A stretch of DNA of 64,000 nt from Rubripirellula sp. (GTDB lineage: Bacteria > Planctomycetota > Planctomycetia > Pirellulales > Pirellulaceae), in NCBI GenBank assembly GCA_965216875.1, contig OZ244207.1, positions 5,856,001 to 5,920,000 on the forward strand. Reading direction: 5' to 3'. The translations under genes and the position numbers were made by a program. This document shows positions 1 through 9,903 of this stretch, piece after piece. Positions within the stretch are counted from its first letter, which is position 1. Each line of letters begins with the position of its first letter. A model generated the notes under the pieces. The model was not told the origin of the DNA, searched no databases, and saw only the letters and a list, made by a program, of their open reading frames with translations.

Positions 1-2314
1 CTTTCAATCCTTCAACATCCGCGATCGCGGCTTCCATCTCTTTCGCTTTTTGGCGCAGCACATCCAGATCATCGCCAAACAATTTGATCCCAACGTCTGC
101 TTTGACGCCCGACAACATGTGGCTGATCAAGTGCTGGATCGGTTGTTCGGTGTTCGTCACCACGCCGGGAACTTCTGCAATGGTTTCACGCACCCGCTCG
201 ATGGTTTCAGCGCGATCGGCCGCTGGATCAATTTCGAGCACCATTTCGCTGACGTTCACACCCTCAGCATGCTCGTCCAATTCGGCACGTCCTGTCCGTC
301 GAACGACTGTCACCACTTCTTCGAGCCCCAGAAGGCGCTGCTCGACAGTTCGCGCAATCCGATCACTCGTGTCGAGTGACGTTCCCGGCTCCAACAACAC
401 GTTGACTTGAATCGCGCCCTCATTGAACGGCGGCAAGAAAGCGCGTTCGAGATTCAACAAAGCAATGGTCGCCAGCAGCACCAGCATCGCGGTCACGCCG
501 AGGACAGGGCCAGAAAACCGCGTGCTGAATTGAATCGCTAACGACGCGATGCCCTTCAATCCGCTCAGGAATCGCCCCTCGTGCGCTTCGTCACCTCCCA
601 ACAGTCGCTCTGCGCTCTGAACACCGATCCAAACCAACGGCGTTCCAATGAGTGTCAGCCAAAGTGGATCGATTGGCAGCTCTGCTGGGAATCCGATGAC
701 GTCCAAAACGCGCGGAACAACCCAGTAGAAAATCAGTCCCGAAATTCCCAGCGATAATAGCGGCACGGCAACCTGCCAGGCGCGCTTACCCACTAATAGA
801 AGTGACGAAAGAGCCGGCGTGACCGTTAACGAAACGAGCAGCGAAACCAGAAGAGAGACAATGTATGCCGTCGCAAGCGGTGCAAAGATTTTGCCTTCCA
901 TTCCTTCGAGGGCAAAGATCGGGATGAAGACCAGAACAACAATTCCGGTGCCATAAACAATCGATGTCCGAATCTCGGCACTTGCTTCGTACACCACTTG
1001 GAGTGTTGGACGTGGCTCGTTGCGCGAGCGGTTCTCTTTCAAGCGACGCAATATGTTCTCGACGTCGACGATGGCATCGTCAACGAGTTCGCCGATCGCG
1101 ACAGCCAACCCGCCGAGGGTCATCGTGTTGACCGACAATCCGAACAATGTGAAGACACATGCCGTCGCGACGATCGAAAGAGGGATCGCGGTCAGGGTGA
1201 CAAAGGTCGTTCGGAAGTTCAACAAGAACAAAAAGAGAATCACGACAACCAGAACACCACCATCGGCGAGCGCCTCGACAACATTTTCGATCGCTCGATC
1301 GATGAACGAGCGTTGTGAATAGACGTTCTCGATCCGTATGTCAGCTGGAAGCGACCCACGCAAGTCTTCCAGAGCCTTGGCGATTTCGGCATCCACTTGT
1401 CGCGTGTCGGCATCAGGCTGCTTGTTGATCGTCAGCACTACGGCTTGGCCGCCTTGGACATCACCCTTTTCATCGCGAACAAATGCGGCCGAGTCCCCGC
1501 GTTTGACTTGCGGTGCTTTGACCACGCGTGCCACTTGGTCGAGCGTTACTGGCCGTCCGTCTCGCACCGTCAAAGTGACCTTCTGAAGATCTTCGATACT
1601 TGTGATGCGCCCGATCCCACGAACAAGCAGCTCTTTCGCGCCGCGTTGGTCAAGGTATCCACCGGTCGCGTTCAGATTGGACTGTTCGACGGCCAAACGA
1701 ACGTCGTGCATCGTCAACCCGTAACTCCGCAGCGCATCGGGGTCGATAAGCACTTGGAATTGCAATCGACCACCACCCATCGTGAACACTTGAGACACAC
1801 CGGGAATCGCCAACAATCGCTGGCGGACGACCCAATCAGCGAGCGTACGCACCTCCATCGCTGACGTTTCGCCGTTTTCGCTCCACATGCCATACATCAA
1901 GATCTGGCCCATGATGGACGAGATCGGCGCAAGCGTTGGGTTGATTCCCTCGGGCAGATCTTCGGCAACAAGCTGTAAGCGTTCGTTGACGATTTGCCGG
2001 TCGGTGATGATGTCGGTGTTCCAGTCAAACTCGACATAGATCACAGAAATACCGCTGCCGCTACTGCTGCGGACGGTCATCACCCCACTGGCGCCATTGA
2101 GCACCGTTTCTAGAGGCAACGTGATCAGCGCCTCGACCTCTTCGGGAGCCATCCCGTGCGCTTCGGTGATCACCACCACTCGTGGTCGATTCAGATTGGG
2201 AAACACATCGATCGGCAAGCGAACCGCCTGCCAAGCACCGACTCCCAACAACACCAGCGCAAGCGACAAGACGAGCAGTCGATTGCCGAGTGAGAAGCGG
2301 ATGATCTGATCCAT
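1..2314 (-). CDS. CusA/CzcA-family heavy-metal RND efflux permease (3' end runs off the window)
   Basis: Not in the ORF track because its stop is outside the window. Manual minus-strand translation from ATG at 2314 gives MDQIIRFSLGNRLLVLSLALVLL...RLPIDVFPNLNRPRVVVITEAHGMAPEEVEALITLPLE, later GGLAVAIGELVDDAIVDVENI and MEGKIFAPLA, typical HME-RND motifs. Confidence 0.93.
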   Translation of the reverse strand, partial: MDQIIRFSLGNRLLVLSLALVLLGVGAWQAVRLPIDVFPNLNRPRVVVITEAHGMAPEEVEALITLPLETVLNGASGVMTVRSSSGSGISVIYVEFDWNTDIITDRQIVNERLQLVAEDLPEGINPTLAPISSIMGQILMYGMWSENGETSAMEVRTLADWVVRQRLLAIPGVSQVFTMGGGRLQFQVLIDPDALRSYGLTMHDVRLAVEQSNLNATGGYLDQRGAKELLVRGIGRITSIEDLQKVTLTVRDGRPVTLDQVARVVKAPQVKRGDSAAFVRDEKGDVQGGQAVVLTINKQPDADTRQVDAEIAKALEDLRGSLPADIRIENVYSQRSFIDRAIENVVEALADGGVLVVVILFLFLLNFRTTFVTLTAIPLSIVATACVFTLFGLSVNTMTLGGLAVAIGELVDDAIVDVENILRRLKENRSRNEPRPTLQVVYEASAEIRTSIVYGTGIVVLVFIPIFALEGMEGKIFAPLATAYIVSLLVSLLVSLTVTPALSSLLLVGKRAWQVAVPLLSLGISGLIFYWVVPRVLDVIGFPAELPIDPLWLTLIGTPLVWIGVQSAERLLGGDEAHEGRFLSGLKGIASLAIQFSTRFSGPVLGVTAMLVLLATIALLNLERAFLPPFNEGAIQVNVLLEPGTSLDTSDRIARTVEQRLLGLEEVVTVVRRTGRAELDEHAEGVNVSEMVLEIDPAADRAETIERVRETIAEVPGVVTNTEQPIQHLISHMLSGVKADVGIKLFGDDLDVLRQKAKEMEAAIADVEGLK

Positions 2315-2364
2315 CAGCTGCGAACTTTCCGTCGTCGCGATATGGAGGGACTGGTTGAAACTTG

Positions 2365-3912
2365 CTAGTGCGAGTGGCCAGCGTGCGGGTCGACCGGTCC
2401 CGAGGACCGATTCTTCATTTCCATTTGAAGCTGGTGAGCGCCAGCGGTTGCAATCGTCTCGCCAGCACGAAGCGACCCATCGTTCTTGATCGCGGCCCAA
2501 ACTTCATCGCGGGCCAGAACGCGCACAGGACGCCGATCGAAATGGTCGCCATGATCGACAAAGACGTACCGTTCGACACCCTCTTCGGCGACGGCATCTT
2601 TGGGAACGACAAAGGTATTGTCAAAACCTTGCAGGGGGACGCGCAAGTGCAACCGCGTCCCTGGCTTGTACTTCCAAGAAACGTACCGTTGCTGACCTCG
2701 CTGCTCGTCACGTTCGACTTGGTTTTCGAGCGGCACAAAGAACGGAAGCGCTCGTGATTGAATGCCAACCTCGTTCCCAATGTAAGAAATCTTCAAACCG
2801 TCCACGATTTCAGGTTGGCTTGCCGAATCCAACACGGCCTGGAGTGGGAAGCCAAATTTCGCAGCCATCCTCAGCGACGTCGCATCCTTTTGAAACGCGT
2901 GCCCTTCGATCAAGACACTGCTGTAGTCGGAAAGCCTGCCAAGCGACTCACCTGCAGCAACCGATTGACCTCGATTCACGTTGAGTTCCGTTACAAGAAA
3001 CTCAACCTCAACGTGTTCATGTTCATGTGCAGGAGCATGATCCTTCGAGCGATCGGGATCGGGTTGAGTGTTCGTCGTGAACCCGGCTTGCTGAAGCGGA
3101 CGGACGACCGGTACTTCCCCCGGCGGCAACGATGGAATCGGGTGTTCGGATTCATGATGCAACGAATCATCACCATGAAGCGTCGGCGCGTAGATGGTCA
3201 CCTCTCGAACGAGTTGTCGTGTTGATTCGATCGCTTCGATTTGCGCGTCGGTCAATCCGTGCAACAACAACGCCTGCTTCTCGGCACGCAGTTCCGCCAG
3301 CAATCGGTCGTGTTCATATTCGTGCTCGATCAGCGTCTTGCGCGGAACGGCGCCGCTTTGTGTGATCGCCGCCAAACGCTGGATCTCGCGTTCTTCAACA
3401 TCCAATCGCCCGAGAGCTGCAAGGTAATCAGATTGCGTCTTCACCAAATCCTGGTGCGTCAACCGCAGCGAAAAGAGGGGCTGCCCACTTCGAATCAACT
3501 CACCACGCGAGATATAGATCGCGTTGACCACGCCAGTCAGCGGTGCCGTCACTGAGATGTGCGTGCGGCCGGGCCAATCAACAATCGTCGCTGGTACCGA
3601 GACGTACTGGGTGTAGGTGGTGAGTGCAACGGTCTGCGTCTTCAGCCCCAAGTTTCCTCGACCTTGAGCGCTGATTTCAATTTCTTCACCAACACTCGGT
3701 CCGTGCCCGTGATCATGCTCGTCATGCGCATGACCGTCATCAGCTGTAGCCTGTGTTTCGGTCGGATCCTGGCTACCCAGCCCCAGCTGGCTGCGCACTG
3801 ACGGAACGAACGTTGCTCCGACGACACCAACGATCACGATGGCAACGATCGTCAACAACACGTTTGTCAGTTGAATCCCCGATTGCTCGGCTGACGTTTC
3901 AGACATCTCCAA
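2365..3912 (-). CDS. RND efflux periplasmic adaptor (membrane fusion protein), His-rich
   Basis: N-terminal TM anchor, APLTGVV..I.ISRGELIRSGQPLF lipoyl-type motif, coiled coil, VVPKDAV..EG...YVFV C-terminal region, His-rich tracts and terminal DPHAGHSH; directly upstream of the RND permease. Confidence 0.9.
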   Translation of the reverse strand: MEMSETSAEQSGIQLTNVLLTIVAIVIVGVVGATFVPSVRSQLGLGSQDPTETQATADDGHAHDEHDHGHGPSVGEEIEISAQGRGNLGLKTQTVALTTYTQYVSVPATIVDWPGRTHISVTAPLTGVVNAIYISRGELIRSGQPLFSLRLTHQDLVKTQSDYLAALGRLDVEEREIQRLAAITQSGAVPRKTLIEHEYEHDRLLAELRAEKQALLLHGLTDAQIEAIESTRQLVREVTIYAPTLHGDDSLHHESEHPIPSLPPGEVPVVRPLQQAGFTTNTQPDPDRSKDHAPAHEHEHVEVEFLVTELNVNRGQSVAAGESLGRLSDYSSVLIEGHAFQKDATSLRMAAKFGFPLQAVLDSASQPEIVDGLKISYIGNEVGIQSRALPFFVPLENQVERDEQRGQQRYVSWKYKPGTRLHLRVPLQGFDNTFVVPKDAVAEEGVERYVFVDHGDHFDRRPVRVLARDEVWAAIKNDGSLRAGETIATAGAHQLQMEMKNRSSGPVDPHAGHSH

Positions 3913-4155
3913 TCACCCAACTTGGTCGACGGTGGCGAAGCCTTCCACGTCCGCCTTCGATCTACCATAACGGAATTCGCAATTCTGCACGACGCGGAAG
4001 TGCACCAATGACTCGCCGCGATGGGAATGGCATAGAATCGATCCAACTCAAATCGGTACCGGATTCCTGCGGGCAGCAAGTGAATCCAACGGTCGTCGAT
4101 GACCGCAACCGACCTACAGATCTTCCATACAGAAAAGATCCATTCAGGGGCAGCA

Positions 4156-5103
4156 ATGAACTCCGATCGTCGTAAACGGCTCGAAGGGGTGGTGTGGCCA
4201 TTGGTCGCAATCGATGACTTCTCTACCGAGCAAGCCAAACAAGCCTGTCTCGATTCAACGCCCGGTTACGTCACGCGAACCATTCGCAACCTCGTCCATG
4301 ATGGTCTTTTGCAGCGCTATGCCAGCGACGGCAAAGAGCGGTTTCGATGGAAGGCGGCGCGCGAAACCTTGAAACCAGACGCGTGGATCGAACGCCAAAT
4401 CCATGGGGCACAAGTCAAGGAGACCCCAGAGAAGCAGAGGCCACGTGAGCGGCTATTACACTCGGGTGCAACTACGCTGAGCGACGCGGATCTGTTGGCG
4501 ATCCTGATCCGCGTCGGAGTACCCAAGGAATCGGCCATCGTCGGTGCGCAAAAGATTGCCAACCGGTTCGCCGAGCGATTGGACCAACTACCAAAGTGCA
4601 GCCGTGATGAATTGAAGCAGATCACGCCGGCGGCGACGAAATCAAGCTACGCGCAAGTCATGGCTGGCATCGAACTCGGTCGCCGGGTCGCTCTGCTCGA
4701 AAGTCGGCAACAACAATCTATCATTCGCATCACAACTACGTCGGAAGCAATCGAATTCTGCAGCCAAGAATTCGAGAGGCTGGCCAATGATGGCGTCCAG
4801 GAAGAATTTCATATCGTCACGCTCGACACCAAACACAAACCGATTCACAGCCATCGGATTACGGTCGGCACGCTCGACGCAAGTTTGGTCCACCCGCGGG
4901 AAGTGTTTCGCCCCGCCATCCGTGACGCCGCATCAGCGATCCTCTTGGTCCACAACCATCCCAGCGGCGATCCGACACCGAGTCGTGAAGATCACCAAGT
5001 GACCCACCAGCTGACCGAAGCTGGTGAGCTCTTGGGGATCCAAGTCCTCGATCACATCGTGGTAGCCAAGAACGAGACGCTAAGTATTCGCGAGTGTCAA
5101 TAG
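4156..5103 (+). CDS. radC: RadC-family JAB/MPN domain protein with N-terminal extension
   Basis: ERPRERLL..GA..LSDADLLAILI, GTLDASLVHPREVFRPAI and JAMM motif HNHPSGDPTPSRED. Start placed at ATG 4156; the ORF is open from 4099. Confidence 0.92.
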   Translation: MNSDRRKRLEGVVWPLVAIDDFSTEQAKQACLDSTPGYVTRTIRNLVHDGLLQRYASDGKERFRWKAARETLKPDAWIERQIHGAQVKETPEKQRPRERLLHSGATTLSDADLLAILIRVGVPKESAIVGAQKIANRFAERLDQLPKCSRDELKQITPAATKSSYAQVMAGIELGRRVALLESRQQQSIIRITTTSEAIEFCSQEFERLANDGVQEEFHIVTLDTKHKPIHSHRITVGTLDASLVHPREVFRPAIRDAASAILLVHNHPSGDPTPSREDHQVTHQLTEAGELLGIQVLDHIVVAKNETLSIRECQ

Positions 5104-5114
5104 ACCTGCTTTTC

Positions 5115-5303
5115 TGTGAGCCGAACGCGGCCAGGTTTGTAGTACCGAGCTTCAGCCGGAATCTTCAAAATCTTCCGCCTAAAGGCGGGACTACGAACAA
5201 AGGCGCGAAGGCTGTAAATCTTTGTGAGCCGCACGCGCTAGCGTCGGGCTTTGCACTCTTTACCACCTCTCGCAAGGCCCGACGCTAGCGCGTTCGGCTC
5301 ACG
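5115..5303. repeat. Intergenic REP-like palindrome cluster
   Basis: GTAGTACCGAGCTTCAGCCGGA...TTCCGCCTAAAGGCGGGACTAC (5139-5194) and inverted pair TGTGAGCCGCACGCGCTAGCGTCGGGC / GCCCGACGCTAGCGCGTTCGGCTCAC (~5223-5302). Both classes recur at ~31946 and ~61597-61980. Lies between convergent genes. Confidence 0.8.
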
Positions 5304-5314
5304 GAGTTTGAGTC

Positions 5315-5767
5315 CTATGCGACGCAAGTCCGACGACGAACGGACGCGGTGTAGTTGCTTGGCCTTTGCCGAACAACCGCTGGCTCAGATTGGACGCTCT
5401 TGGCCAATTGTGCTTCACGATCACGCAACGAAGACTGCACGAGTCGCTGAATCCTCTCCATTCGCTCGATTGCTTCCGAAGCAACTTGCTGGGCCAGCAG
5501 CCGATCCTTTTCATCGGAGAGCTCGGCAATCGCAGAAAGCTCCGACTGAAGTCGCTGAAACTCATCGCTGACAACATGCTCCGCGGCCGATTCGATCATG
5601 GGTGATGCAGGCTGGTCATCGAGATGTTCGCTACGCATCACGCGAACACTTGCCGGCGCCTCAATGCCAACACGGGCCCGCCTGCCCGACAATCCAATCA
5701 TTCGAACAACGATGCCGAGCCCTGGGAATTCGATCGATTCGCCTTCTTTCCGTGTCAAAACCAGCAA
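5315..5767 (-). CDS. csrA: Carbon storage regulator CsrA-family protein with C-terminal helical extension
   Basis: MLVLTRKEGESI...RVGIEAPASVRVMRSE matches the CsrA signature; TTG start; ~100 extra aa. Confidence 0.82.
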   Translation of the reverse strand: MLVLTRKEGESIEFPGLGIVVRMIGLSGRRARVGIEAPASVRVMRSEHLDDQPASPMIESAAEHVVSDEFQRLQSELSAIAELSDEKDRLLAQQVASEAIERMERIQRLVQSSLRDREAQLAKSVQSEPAVVRQRPSNYTASVRRRTCVA

Positions 5768-5863
5768 TGTTCAGCCCCCCAAATCGAGAACGTGGTTAGT
5801 AACGAGATGGAGACATCTTAAGGATATATACAAATGTTCACAACCCCGATTTCACGCCCCTTT

Positions 5864-7234
5864 TCACGGCATTCGATGCCAATCGTGACCGTCTTTGAGA
5901 ACACTTGCGCTGATCGACAGCAGCTTTGCCCTGAGCTCTGCAAGCAATTCTGGCTTCTCTGCGGCAAGGTTCTTGGTCTGATTCGGATCGCTCTTTAAGT
6001 CGAACAATTGGAAGTTCGTGTAGCCGCCCGATTTAATTCTTGGAATCCACTCTTCTTTGAACATGTTGTTGGTCGACAGTTCGAAGTCGGGATTGGCCAC
6101 CAACGAGTAGTCCCCATCTCGCATGGCAACGATCGGTCGCGACTTCTGCAGATGCCAAAAGAGAGGTTGGTGCCGACGAAAGTCTTTGGCTTTGCCTAGC
6201 AAAAGTGTCGAGACGTCCGAACCATCAAGATGCACATCGGGCTTGTCGAGATCCAAGAGCCCACAGACTGTCGGCACAACATCAATCAACCCACTTGGAT
6301 TCCTTTCCACACGTCCGGCTTCGATCTTGCCGGGCCAGCAATAGATCCCAGGCACGCGAATACCACCCTCCCAATTGACACCCTTGCGACCGCGCAAGCC
6401 TCCAGTGCGATCATCGCGGTAGCTTCCATTGTCGGAGCCATAGATGATCAAAGTGTTCTCTGGTGGCGCAACTTCGTAGAGTTTCTTGACCAACCGAGTG
6501 ATCGCTCGATCGGTGTTGTCGATGGTTCCCGAGTAGATCGCAGCTTTGTCTTTTGCTTTCCCGTACTGCGTCACAATCGACTTGGGTGCCGCAATGGGTG
6601 CATGCGGTTCGTGAAACCAAACATTCAAAAAGAATGGCTGATCGCGACTGGAATCCATGGCGTCGAGCCAAGCGATCGCTTCATCCACGACAAGCTGGCA
6701 AGAATACCCATCCAACTTGCCAACAGGTTTGCCATTGCGGATGAAGTTGTTTGGATTGTGATGGCTTGGTGACGCGTTGTTTGAAGTCGCAAACCAATAG
6801 TCGAACCCGTGATCCGAAGGCGTCGGTTTTTCGAAGCGGTCACTAGGCAAACCCAGATGCCACTTGCCAATATGAGCCGTTGCGTAACCGGCTTGTTTCA
6901 ACACCTCGGCCAGCGTCACTTCACGCTTGAGCAAATGTGAACGTTGCGATTCATCGTGAATCCAACTGTAGACACCAGCGCGGATGTGATGCCGACCTGT
7001 CAACAAGGTTGCACGGGATGGCGAGCACACCGCGCAGCCTGAATAGAAGTCGCTGAACCGAGTTCCGCGCGACGCCAAATCATCGATCGCTGGCGTTTTG
7101 ACGGGACCACCATAACAACCAACGTCTTTGAATCCTAAATCGTCCGCCAACAACATCACCACATTAGGGCGATCGGCAGCGTCAAGCCCGACGCAAGAAA
7201 CGATAACTAGAAAACAAGCGTAAACGAATTTCAT
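5864..7234 (-). CDS. Cys-type (formylglycine) sulfatase, exported
   Basis: Signal peptide, RPNVVMLLADDLG, CSPSRATLLTGR, GKWHLG, SDNG, KGVNWEGGIRVP; start set at MKFVYACF. Confidence 0.93.
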   Translation of the reverse strand: MKFVYACFLVIVSCVGLDAADRPNVVMLLADDLGFKDVGCYGGPVKTPAIDDLASRGTRFSDFYSGCAVCSPSRATLLTGRHHIRAGVYSWIHDESQRSHLLKREVTLAEVLKQAGYATAHIGKWHLGLPSDRFEKPTPSDHGFDYWFATSNNASPSHHNPNNFIRNGKPVGKLDGYSCQLVVDEAIAWLDAMDSSRDQPFFLNVWFHEPHAPIAAPKSIVTQYGKAKDKAAIYSGTIDNTDRAITRLVKKLYEVAPPENTLIIYGSDNGSYRDDRTGGLRGRKGVNWEGGIRVPGIYCWPGKIEAGRVERNPSGLIDVVPTVCGLLDLDKPDVHLDGSDVSTLLLGKAKDFRRHQPLFWHLQKSRPIVAMRDGDYSLVANPDFELSTNNMFKEEWIPRIKSGGYTNFQLFDLKSDPNQTKNLAAEKPELLAELRAKLLSISASVLKDGHDWHRMP

Positions 7235-7315
7235 TGTGGTGGCTCTGCAGAAAGAGTGGCGGGATGGAGCTGCGTCAGCTTCGCCCAAACCAGGTGAAAC
7301 GAACGGCGCAACGGT

Positions 7316-8200
7316 TCATGCTTGCGACCGGAGCAGTTCTTCGACTTGGTCAAGCGTAGGCATCGACGTTCTCGCGCCAAATTGCGTGCAAGCAAGTGCA
7401 CCGCAAGCCGACGCAAACGCAATGATATCTCGCCACGCGTCGCCGCGTGCAAGCGAAAAAGCGAATCCGGCATGAAATGCATCGCCGGCGCCGGTCTCAT
7501 CAACCGACTCGACCTCGAACGCATTGAGTTGCCCACGACCATCGGGTCGATGCCACACCAACCCTCCTTCGCCGTAGGTGATGACAACATGGCCGCATAA
7601 TTCAGACAACTTGTTGAGCTGGTCGGTCCGATCGTTGCTTCCCGAAACGCTGGTCGCAAAGTTCTCGGACGCGACAAGGTAGTCGACCTTTCCCGCGAGC
7701 ATCCGTGTCCCCTCGTGGGCTGAACCCGCATCAAGAACAACCTTTGTGGCTGAATCTGCAAATCGATCGATCGCTTGCTGGGCAATGATTGGCTGATGCC
7801 CGTCGGCCAGGATCACTTTGGTCGTCAGCTGCTCGACCGGCTGCTTGAGTCCCTGCAAACAGCGATTGGCATGACTCACGACACTTCGTTTGCCATCTTC
7901 TTTTGCAATGACTGCGGCAAGAGCTGTTGTCTCGAGAGAACGATCAACGAAGGTTGTGTCGACACCTTCGGCCCGAAGCGAATTCACCTCGTTTTCACCC
8001 AAAGGATCCGTACCAAGACTTGCTGCGAGACCACTTCGTCCGCCGAGCCTCGCCACACAGACCGCAGCATTGGCCGCCGGACCACCACCGGCGACGCTGA
8101 ATCGAGTCGCACGAACCTTTTCGTTCTCACTTGGATGGTGCTCGACCAAGAAATTAAGATCAACGCAGGACATCCCGATGCAAAAAACGTCAAACTTCAT
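7316..8200 (-). CDS. PfkB/ribokinase-family carbohydrate kinase
   Basis: GGGPAANAAVCVARLG and DETGAGDAFHAGF PfkB signatures. Confidence 0.92.
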   Translation of the reverse strand: MKFDVFCIGMSCVDLNFLVEHHPSENEKVRATRFSVAGGGPAANAAVCVARLGGRSGLAASLGTDPLGENEVNSLRAEGVDTTFVDRSLETTALAAVIAKEDGKRSVVSHANRCLQGLKQPVEQLTTKVILADGHQPIIAQQAIDRFADSATKVVLDAGSAHEGTRMLAGKVDYLVASENFATSVSGSNDRTDQLNKLSELCGHVVITYGEGGLVWHRPDGRGQLNAFEVESVDETGAGDAFHAGFAFSLARGDAWRDIIAFASACGALACTQFGARTSMPTLDQVEELLRSQA

Positions 8201-8477
8201 ATCAAGTGAAAGGGTTCGGTGACGGCGGCATATCGATGCCTAGGTTAGCGGTTGCTGTCTCGTCCACCAATTGGAGGAGGAGAAGAGGAACCACGGATTG
8301 ATCGAATCACACGAATGATGTTTGAGTAAGAATGTTCAATCTCTGGCGCTTCACTCGCTCGTTTTCTACGATTCGATCGATTCTTGATTTGCATGATGCC
8401 CAACCGTGGATCGTCGTGGCACGGCAAGTTAATTTATGAGCCTACACCCACCTCCCCTGCCCTTCCGGATTCTTCTC

Positions 8478-9632
8478 ATGCACCGTTTGCACTTCGTCCT
8501 GATCGCCATCGTTGGCCTCGCCGCCTTCCCAAAAAGCATCGTCGCTGCCGAGCCTCCCGTTGTCCAGGCGATCAACGATGCGATGCAGTCGCACCTGGAG
8601 CGTCCAGAGGCATCCGGCATCGTTACTTTGGTCGCGCGTGATGGAAAGATCGTTCACCTCGGCAGTGTTGGCTATCGTGACATCGAATCCGCTCAGGAAA
8701 TGAATACGTCAACGGTTTTCGCGATTGCCTCGATGTCGAAGCCGATCACTGCGACGGCGCTCATGATCCTGGTGGACGAAGGAAAGGTTTCGATTGACGA
8801 TCCGGTCAGCAAATACATTCCTTCGTTTGCTAATGCCAAACTCAAATCGGGCGATGCCCCGCAGCGCGAGGTCACACTCAAGGATTGTTTGACGCATACC
8901 TCTGGCCTTGCTGGCAGCCAACTCTTTGAAACGTCACTGAAAGAAGTCGCTGAAGAACTTGCTCAACGCCCACTTGAGTTTCAGCCAGGTACCGAGTGGA
9001 AGTACTCTCCAGGCTTAAACGTGATCGGCCGCGTGGTCGAGATCGTATCGGAGCAACCTTTCGATGTGTTCTTGAAGGAACGGATCTTTGAGCCGCTGCA
9101 GATGAACGACACCACGTTCTATCCCAATGAGAAACAAGTCAAACGCGTGGCAACGATTTATGGTCCAAACGAAGACAAGACCGATCTGATTCCGCAAGAC
9201 AACTTCATCACCAAACTGACGACCGACACGCCACCGAACCCTTCAGGTGGACTCGTTTCAACAGCATCCGATCTCTTTCGCTTTTACCAAATGGCACTCA
9301 ACGGAGGTCAGCTCGACGGCAAGCGAATTGTCTCTCAGGAGTCGGTCAAGCTGATGACCAGCTCGCACACGGGTCACCTCAAGGCCGGCTTCACTCCTGG
9401 CAGTCGCTGGGGGCTCGGCTGGGGCATCGTCACAGAGCCAGAAGGTGTGACAGCGGCGATCTCGGCTGGGACGTTTGGGCACGGTGGCGCGTTTGGCACC
9501 CAGGGCTGGGTCGATCCCAAAACAAAAACGATCTACGTGCTGCTTGTACAACGACGCAACCTCGGCGGAAGCGATCGGAGCGAACTGCGTGGCGACTTCC
9601 ACAAAGTGGCAGTGGAAGCGCTCGGGATTTAG
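8478..9632 (+). CDS. Beta-lactamase-fold serine hydrolase, exported
   Basis: Signal peptide, FAIASMSKPIT (SxxK), LTHTSGL, WKYS, FGHGGAFGT. Confidence 0.9.
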   Translation: MHRLHFVLIAIVGLAAFPKSIVAAEPPVVQAINDAMQSHLERPEASGIVTLVARDGKIVHLGSVGYRDIESAQEMNTSTVFAIASMSKPITATALMILVDEGKVSIDDPVSKYIPSFANAKLKSGDAPQREVTLKDCLTHTSGLAGSQLFETSLKEVAEELAQRPLEFQPGTEWKYSPGLNVIGRVVEIVSEQPFDVFLKERIFEPLQMNDTTFYPNEKQVKRVATIYGPNEDKTDLIPQDNFITKLTTDTPPNPSGGLVSTASDLFRFYQMALNGGQLDGKRIVSQESVKLMTSSHTGHLKAGFTPGSRWGLGWGIVTEPEGVTAAISAGTFGHGGAFGTQGWVDPKTKTIYVLLVQRRNLGGSDRSELRGDFHKVAVEALGI

Positions 9633-9903
9633 CTTTTTCTTTCGAAAAATCGAGGGCCCCAGACCCTCGTCTGGCATCCAGCACTGCCGCGGCCGGCTGG
9701 GCCGCGAGCTTAGGGAAACGACGGTTCCTGAGAGGAGGAGATTTCGGCAACATCACCGACGTTGGCGCGCTGCACTGTGCATCCATCCAGCATCCATTGG
9801 TGAATCACGCAGACCTGCCTTCGATGAGAGGATCGATCATCGTCGCAAACGGCCCAGGAGACTATATTGACGTTCACCAGCCACCACCCCTCTCAATGAA
9901 CCG

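Noticed and set aside
50..2309. Plus-strand ORFs in the ORF track
   Set aside because: They are antisense shadows of the minus-strand RND permease.
4156..5103. radC as a marker of an integrative element or prophage
   Set aside because: It is the full-length chromosomal type, and no integrase, att site or conjugation genes are nearby.
7316..8200. Specific call as sulfofructose kinase (sulfoglycolysis)
   Set aside because: Only general PfkB motifs are visible, and no other sulfoglycolysis genes are adjacent.
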